IMG/VR virus record: IMGVR_UViG_3300013006_000024
Coordinates: 1 to 64,000 of that record
Length of the DNA: 64,000 bases
Strand: one strand, 5' to 3'
DNA from: a virus
This document shows, piece by piece, positions 58,486-64,000 of this stretch. Each line of letters begins with the position of its first letter. Position 1 is the stretch's first letter. The position numbers were made by a program, and so were the translations under genes. The notes below the pieces were generated by a model. It saw only the letters and a list, made by a program, of their open reading frames with translations, was not told the DNA's origin and made no database searches.

Positions 58486-58486
58486 T

Positions 58487-58855
58487 ATGGAAGGCCTTGG
58501 AACATATCAAAATAAATTATCAGATCTTCCTGTTTTAAAAAACTTAAGATACGAGAATATATTTAAAGTATATACAACAGATAAAAGTCAATATTATTAT
58601 AATTTACTACAATCAATTTTCTTACCGGAAAAGTTAAATCCGGATTTAATATATTATCAGTCTTTAAATACAAAAACACCTTGGACAGTAGTAAGTTTTA
58701 ATGCTTACAAAACTATTGAATTGTGGTGGCTGATATGTCTAACTAACCAAATATATAACCCTGTTAAATTTCCTGATAGAGGGGCAGTTTTAAAGATTAT
58801 TAAGCCGCAATACGTACCTAATATCTTGAGCGAAATAAAACAAGCATTAAAATAA
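58487..58855 (+). CDS. Baseplate wedge protein (gp53-like, LysM-like)
   Basis: VSFNAYKTIELWWLICLTNQIYNP...G.VLKI. Confidence 0.7.
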   Translation: MEGLGTYQNKLSDLPVLKNLRYENIFKVYTTDKSQYYYNLLQSIFLPEKLNPDLIYYQSLNTKTPWTVVSFNAYKTIELWWLICLTNQIYNPVKFPDRGAVLKIIKPQYVPNILSEIKQALK

Positions 58856-58858
58856 TAT

Positions 58859-60418
58859 ATGGCTGATTCTATAGCTTACGATGAAAATTTTAATAATATT
58901 ATCAACGGTAATAATTACCGCTTTAATATTGGCTTAGTTACTGCAGACGGTAGATATCAAGAGCTAAAAATAGCATCAATAAATTCTCTTGTTATTGAAG
59001 ACCTATTTACCGACTTCTATCACAAAGGATACATTATTATAAACAACAGATTTGATGGCGTAGAAAGATTAGCTGATGTAAAGAATAAAGAAAGACTTAC
59101 AGTAACATCTAATTTTATAGCCGATAAAGGGTTTATCTTTAGAGGCGATTCTAGAGACTTTTTAATCGTAGATATTATGCCTAAACTTGATGATACGCAA
59201 TTTAGTTTTAATGACGATAGCAAAGCTAATACTTCTTTTAGAATGCTTTTTACCTTTTCAATATATAATACAGAAGAAATTGCCGGAGAATTACCTGGTG
59301 AAAAATTCAAAAAACTTTATTTTTGGGATATATATCATGACGTTTTAAAGAATAAAAATTCATATTTTTCAACTTCAAATTATTTAAAAGATAAACCCGG
59401 TATTAATAATTTATCTAATACTGATAGAGGTATACCTACAGGTACTGCAATAAAACACTTTTTACAAGAATTTTTTAATAAAGATGACGGTTTATCTATT
59501 TCTATTAATGAAAATGAATTTGATCCCGGAAGCACTTCCGTGTTCTTTTCTGCACCTGCGCGCTTTAAAGGGATTGATTGCCTTACTTATCTTTTGAATA
59601 GACATGTTTCCGATGCAAATAATAATTTTGACCAAGGGTTTTTAAGGAAAAGTAGAAGCGATTCATCTTTCTCACTTCAAAGCTTAGGAACCTACTTTAA
59701 AAAAGCATTGACAGAGAATAGCCCTTCTATTGGTCAGTATTTTTTAGAGACGTTTAAACTTGGCGAATACTCGGATAAAAATAATGAGTTCATTATAGAA
59801 AGCGTATCATTTACTCCTCCAAATTCCTTGTACTTAGGAAAATACGGAACTATTAGCAATTTTGTATATGACCCTATGCCTGGTGAATATACCCAACAAG
59901 ATTTGGTTACCACATTGGTTCATAGCTATAATAATGATGAGAAATCTTTTAATATAGATCAAGACCGTAATACAATAATGTCTGCACTTTCTGTTTACGG
60001 AAAAAACTATGTAGAACCATTTAATAAATTATGTCCAGATGAAAATGCACATATTAATTTTTACCCCGGTGAGTATAGATTGCAGCAAAAAAATGTTAAG
60101 AACGTTCTTTCTGTAGTTGAAGCTAATTCAGATCAAAGACTAGCTGCAGGAAGAAATAGAGCTATTTTTAATAATGTGTTTCTTAATAATACAGTGTTAT
60201 TTAAAGTGCCTGGGTCGACCCATCGTCAGGCAGGTAGGTTTATAGGTATTAATAGAGAAGGCGCAACCGCTTATAGCGATTTTGATAGTAAAATTTTAGG
60301 TGTATATTTTGTTTTAGAAGTTAAACACTTATTTGAAGGCAATGATTATTTTACTGAACTAAGATGCGTTAAGACATATAGTTATGATAATCTGTTCTTA
60401 AATACAAAGAGTAGATAA
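58859..60418 (+). CDS. Baseplate hub protein (gp27-like)
   Basis: IEDLF...KGYI N-terminus; VPG...RQAGRFI...GVYFVLEVKHLF...TELRCVK C-terminus. Confidence 0.55.
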   Translation: MADSIAYDENFNNIINGNNYRFNIGLVTADGRYQELKIASINSLVIEDLFTDFYHKGYIIINNRFDGVERLADVKNKERLTVTSNFIADKGFIFRGDSRDFLIVDIMPKLDDTQFSFNDDSKANTSFRMLFTFSIYNTEEIAGELPGEKFKKLYFWDIYHDVLKNKNSYFSTSNYLKDKPGINNLSNTDRGIPTGTAIKHFLQEFFNKDDGLSISINENEFDPGSTSVFFSAPARFKGIDCLTYLLNRHVSDANNNFDQGFLRKSRSDSSFSLQSLGTYFKKALTENSPSIGQYFLETFKLGEYSDKNNEFIIESVSFTPPNSLYLGKYGTISNFVYDPMPGEYTQQDLVTTLVHSYNNDEKSFNIDQDRNTIMSALSVYGKNYVEPFNKLCPDENAHINFYPGEYRLQQKNVKNVLSVVEANSDQRLAAGRNRAIFNNVFLNNTVLFKVPGSTHRQAGRFIGINREGATAYSDFDSKILGVYFVLEVKHLFEGNDYFTELRCVKTYSYDNLFLNTKSR

Positions 60419-60419
60419 T

Positions 60420-62471
60420 ATGGTTAAAACAGCGACAAAAACACTTTATCCGGAATTAGTAGATTCTAATATCGCTAATTCTGTAGAGTTTGTAAAAAAA
60501 TACTCTAATTTTTTACCTAGAATTGGAAGTATAACTTATACTAATCCTAATCAGCCTGTCGATTCTGTAGTACCACAAGCTTTACCAGGTGTAAACGAGG
60601 ACGGTACTTATCAAATGGATGTTAGAGTTACTGGCTACTCGCCAGATGAACCGACTTCAGACCCTGATACACGAGCCGGACTCGCTTCACAGACAAACAC
60701 CTACGGAAAACTACGTCAAGGCTATAGTGTTGCTGTTGACCCCAAAGTTATACCTTATGGTAGCCGTATATCTATACCTGGGTTGGGTGATAATTTTGTA
60801 GCTATGGATACAGGTGGTGCTGTAAAGAGTCGTCAGGCCAGTAAAAAAACAGGTGGTCAGCCTGTAATAGATGTTTACTTTGATTCATACAGTCAGCAGC
60901 TGCAGTTTGAAAGAACAAATAAACCCGTTTTAGCGGCAAAAATTTATCCACCAGATGGTACAGCTATTCAAAGCGTAGCGCAAACAGATAAAACAGAGCA
61001 ACAACAAACTGAGACTGTTGGCGATTTAACACCTCAATTAGAGACTTCTATTAACTACTGGAATGCTAAAAAAAGCGGAGATCCTATAACAGCGTTAGTT
61101 AGCTTTTTTGAATTATTAGATAGCACTACTTTAAAAGAATTTAATAATGATTTTGTATTTTTTTGGTATAAGAAACTCAACTCTACAATTGATGTAGTAA
61201 AATCGCAGTTAAATTTAGCAGATGATTCGTTACTAAACGCTCCTAGCGATAGCATAGGGCTGTTAGTTAATGTTAAAAATAAGTTTGATGATAGTGTATC
61301 ACCTATTACTGATGTTATACTATCGTATGGCCCGCCTAATATAGTGCCTGTATCTTTAAAAAACAAGATAAGCTCTGTTACAAGTAGTGTTGTAAGTGAG
61401 ATGTCTACAAAAAATAGTATTTTAATGAAAGGAAATCTTCTCAATATAGTAAAAACTAGCGACCCTACAAGCATTATTACGGATACAACGCAGTCACATG
61501 GACTTAATCTAATGACTGATTATAATTTTTACCAAACGTTTTATAAAAATATAGAGTCTCTAATTAATGAATTGTTCGCAGAGTTTAGTAACACTAAAGA
61601 TTACATCACGTTCTTTAGCAATATTAATGATAAAATAGGATATAATTGCAGAAACTACACAAATAATAATTTACAGCAAATAACAGACGTAACTTTTGAT
61701 ATGTACATAGAGGAAGCCAATCAAACCTTAGATTTACTAAAAAATAAAATAAAAGATTCAATGAGTAATATGACTATTAAAAATACTCTATCCATAAACC
61801 AGACTCTCTTAAGTAAACCTACATTAACTACAAAGGATATTAATGACAAATTTACTTACAAGCAGAGATCATTCAATGTTATACCTATCTCAAGAGCATC
61901 ATCTGCACTTACTAACACACGAGGAGCTATTCAGAACCTTCAAATACCTAACGCTAACTTATCTAGACTTAATATAGTTGCGCAAAAGACAGGGATTACA
62001 GAAATACCCTCCGCTTCACAATATTTAGGCGATGTAAATAATCTAACTAGCTCTATCACTAACCTAGACGCTATTAAGCAAGTAGCTAATTTAAATATGC
62101 CATTGTCTCTACCTTCAGTTGACGCAGGTTCATTCCCTGAACTAGCAGCAATTGCTACTAATACTAGCTTTAATAATTCTGATCCCCAAGCTATACTAGC
62201 AAGAGCCGAGGCAATTAAAAATACTTTATGCGATTTCAGGTTACCAGTTGTGGGTGAGATAGATTTTAATGCATTAGCTAATGCAGATATTGATTTTGAC
62301 CCGGAATCGCTTGCTAAAAGACTAGAAGCAATACTACCCAAGATAACATTACCCAAGACAGATGATTTTAAGAAGATGTTTATTAAGTTAAAACCTACCT
62401 TTAATCAAATATGGAAAGATTTTTATGCTAAATACTTTGAATGCAAAAATAATAATAATAATTTAGCTTGA
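60420..62471 (+). CDS. Baseplate-associated protein with 3D (MltA-like) cell-wall-hydrolase domain
   Basis: VTGYS...VAVDPKVIPYGSRI.IPG....AMDTGGAVK...IDVYF. Confidence 0.75.
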   Translation: MVKTATKTLYPELVDSNIANSVEFVKKYSNFLPRIGSITYTNPNQPVDSVVPQALPGVNEDGTYQMDVRVTGYSPDEPTSDPDTRAGLASQTNTYGKLRQGYSVAVDPKVIPYGSRISIPGLGDNFVAMDTGGAVKSRQASKKTGGQPVIDVYFDSYSQQLQFERTNKPVLAAKIYPPDGTAIQSVAQTDKTEQQQTETVGDLTPQLETSINYWNAKKSGDPITALVSFFELLDSTTLKEFNNDFVFFWYKKLNSTIDVVKSQLNLADDSLLNAPSDSIGLLVNVKNKFDDSVSPITDVILSYGPPNIVPVSLKNKISSVTSSVVSEMSTKNSILMKGNLLNIVKTSDPTSIITDTTQSHGLNLMTDYNFYQTFYKNIESLINELFAEFSNTKDYITFFSNINDKIGYNCRNYTNNNLQQITDVTFDMYIEEANQTLDLLKNKIKDSMSNMTIKNTLSINQTLLSKPTLTTKDINDKFTYKQRSFNVIPISRASSALTNTRGAIQNLQIPNANLSRLNIVAQKTGITEIPSASQYLGDVNNLTSSITNLDAIKQVANLNMPLSLPSVDAGSFPELAAIATNTSFNNSDPQAILARAEAIKNTLCDFRLPVVGEIDFNALANADIDFDPESLAKRLEAILPKITLPKTDDFKKMFIKLKPTFNQIWKDFYAKYFECKNNNNNLA

Positions 62472-62927
62472 TGGTTCTATATCTATTATTTTTGCATTAG
62501 TGTTTGCTGTGTCTATAAGCATTTTAAAGACTTGCTCTCGTGTAGCTAATAATTTATTATTATTATCAGCCTCTTTTAATTCCTTTTTAGTAGCTATATC
62601 CATTTCCTTAGCTTTAATAACAGTTTCATTTCTTTTATCCGTTACAATAATCTTATTAAGTGTCTCAATAGCAGCGGAAGTTGCAGCAATTAAATCAGCA
62701 AGTGACCCTACATCCTTACTTTCGGGTGCAGATGATATATAATCTTTAACGTTAGACACCACATCCAGGCTTTCCTCTACTAACTTACCTGCCTTTTCGA
62801 CGACAAACCGTTCCATATCCTCTTTCTTAAGTGGGTTTGATTCCTTTTTAGCTATTTCTGCCTTTTTATTAGCATCATTTAACTGCTCTAATAGATCGCC
62901 TACCATTTCGTTAAGTTCTTCACTCAT
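62463..62927 (-). CDS. Probable terminase small subunit (gp16-like)
   Basis: 154 aa helical hairpin ending NNNKLLATREQVFKML; TAAATA 5 nt upstream. Confidence 0.45.
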   Translation of the reverse strand: MSEELNEMVGDLLEQLNDANKKAEIAKKESNPLKKEDMERFVVEKAGKLVEESLDVVSNVKDYISSAPESKDVGSLADLIAATSAAIETLNKIIVTDKRNETVIKAKEMDIATKKELKEADNNNKLLATREQVFKMLIDTANTNAKIIDIEPSS

Positions 62928-62978
62928 AATATTATTTATCTACTATTGATTTTTATAAACATGTATTATAATAGATGT

Positions 62979-63446
62979 ATGTATAATGTAACTAAAGATG
63001 CAGATCCAAATATACAGTTTCTACCTGTACTAAAATTTGAAAAAACACATGAGCTAGCTAAATTACCGACTAAAAATCATGAATCCGACACAGGATATGA
63101 TGTTTATTCAGTCGAAGACACGGTAATACCAGCAAAAAGCAATGCAGTTGTTGGGGTCGGTCTAAAATTCGCTTCAATACCCGAAGGATACTGGGTAAAA
63201 GTCGAATCCAGAAGCGGTTTAGGGTTTAAACATAGCATTTTAGCACATCCCGGTATTATTGATTGTGGGTATAGAGGCGATGCAGGTGTAAAGTTATATA
63301 ATCTTTCTGATAAAGATTACGAAGTCAAAGCTGGTGATAGAATTGCTCAGTTTGTCGTATATCTTAACTTTTCTATGCCAGTTGAATGGGGTAAATGTGA
63401 GAATAGTGAGAGGGGTGAGAAGGGATTTGGCTCTTCAGGTAAATAA
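62979..63446 (+). CDS. dut: dUTPase (trimeric)
   Basis: DTGYD, SRSGL, GIIDCGYRG, GDRIAQ, RGEKGFGSSG; start revised to ATG 62979. Confidence 0.93.
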   Translation: MYNVTKDADPNIQFLPVLKFEKTHELAKLPTKNHESDTGYDVYSVEDTVIPAKSNAVVGVGLKFASIPEGYWVKVESRSGLGFKHSILAHPGIIDCGYRGDAGVKLYNLSDKDYEVKAGDRIAQFVVYLNFSMPVEWGKCENSERGEKGFGSSGK

Positions 63447-64000
63447 TGAGTATTGATTTCAGTAACCTATGGGTCGAAAAGTATAGGCCTAGCGCTTTAT
63501 CTGATTTCACTATATCAGATAAAAATAAAACCGTTATAGAGTCGTATAAATCGCAGAAAGAAATACCTAACCTACTTTTTATTGGTACCCCTGGTATAGG
63601 TAAGACGACATTAGCTAAGATTCTTGTTAATGAGGTACTAGAGTGTCAGTACCTCTATATTAATGCAAGCGATGAAAACGGAATTGACACAATTAGAACA
63701 AAAGTTACAAGTTTTGCGCAGACAAAAAGCATAGATGGTAAAATAAAGGTTATTATTTTAGATGAAACAGACGGTCTTTCTATTGATGCTCAGCGTGCTC
63801 TTAGAAATACTATGGAAGAGTTTGCTAAGATTACTCGTTTTATCCTAACTGCTAACTATAAGCATAGAGTTATAACAGCATTGCAAAGTAGATGTCAAGG
63901 ATTTGACCTTACACTTAGCTTAGATGGCGTTGTAAAGAGATGTGTACATATTCTTAAGGCGGAAAAAGTTAATATACCTACAGAAGAAAAGCAGAAATTA
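63446..64000 (+). CDS. gp44: Clamp loader AAA+ subunit, partial (runs off right edge)
   Basis: Manual: LWVEKYRP, GTPGIGKTT, NASDENGID, LDETD, AQRALR, QSRC. Confidence 0.92.
   Translation, partial: MSIDFSNLWVEKYRPSALSDFTISDKNKTVIESYKSQKEIPNLLFIGTPGIGKTTLAKILVNEVLECQYLYINASDENGIDTIRTKVTSFAQTKSIDGKIKVIILDETDGLSIDAQRALRNTMEEFAKITRFILTANYKHRVITALQSRCQGFDLTLSLDGVVKRCVHILKAEKVNIPTEEKQKL

Noticed and set aside
1440-62742. Many short antisense or nested ORFs in the track (e.g. 13720-14112, 38227-38670, 55384-55809, 61055-61474)
   Set aside because: They shadow well-supported genes, lack promoter motifs and show no recognisable protein features.
1-64000. CRISPR array, tRNA or rRNA genes
   Set aside because: Intergenic gaps are short (under about 80 bp) and I saw no repeat-spacer or cloverleaf pattern; tRNAscan/Infernal were not run.
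1-64000. Stop-codon reassignment
   Set aside because: Core genes are full length in the standard code, and TAG (e.g. polymerase) and TGA both act as stops.

Overview
A 64 kb, AT-rich, gene-dense segment of a large T4-like (myovirus-type) bacteriophage using the standard genetic code. All protein calls rest on motif recognition by eye; no database search was run. The window holds a T4-type replication/recombination core (UvsY, UvsW, gp55 late sigma, gp47/46, PolB gp43, UvsX, gp41, gp32, gp45, gp61, dUTPase, gp44) and a packaging/tail block (gp14, gp17, gp3-like, gp18, gp19, baseplate, tape measure, 3D-domain protein, probable gp16). It also has a dispersed 7-deazaguanine pathway (folE, queD, queE, queC plus a stand-alone class II amidotransferase), seven glycosyltransferase-like genes with an RmlD-like enzyme, PhoH and a phage ribosomal protein bS21. 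Four observations stand out. (1) A dispersed family of fibre/adhesin genes shares an N-terminal MAD(T/V)TI(S/T)xL module fused to different tip domains, and includes an unannotated 26-codon chimeric remnant. (2) Promoter motifs (late TAAATA; early TTGAtT-N16-TAtaaT) sit mostly 4-9 nt before start codons, implying largely leaderless mRNAs. The exception is an amidotransferase missed by the ORF track, which has a perfect AGGAGGT Shine-Dalgarno and an ATT start codon, in a phage that encodes its own bS21. (3) About 15 late proteins have T4-like capsid-targeting N-termini. (4) Four of these form an operon: a small protein, a PD-(D/E)xK nuclease-like, a ligase-like (KxDG) and a HIGH nucleotidyltransferase, which may be packaged and injected.
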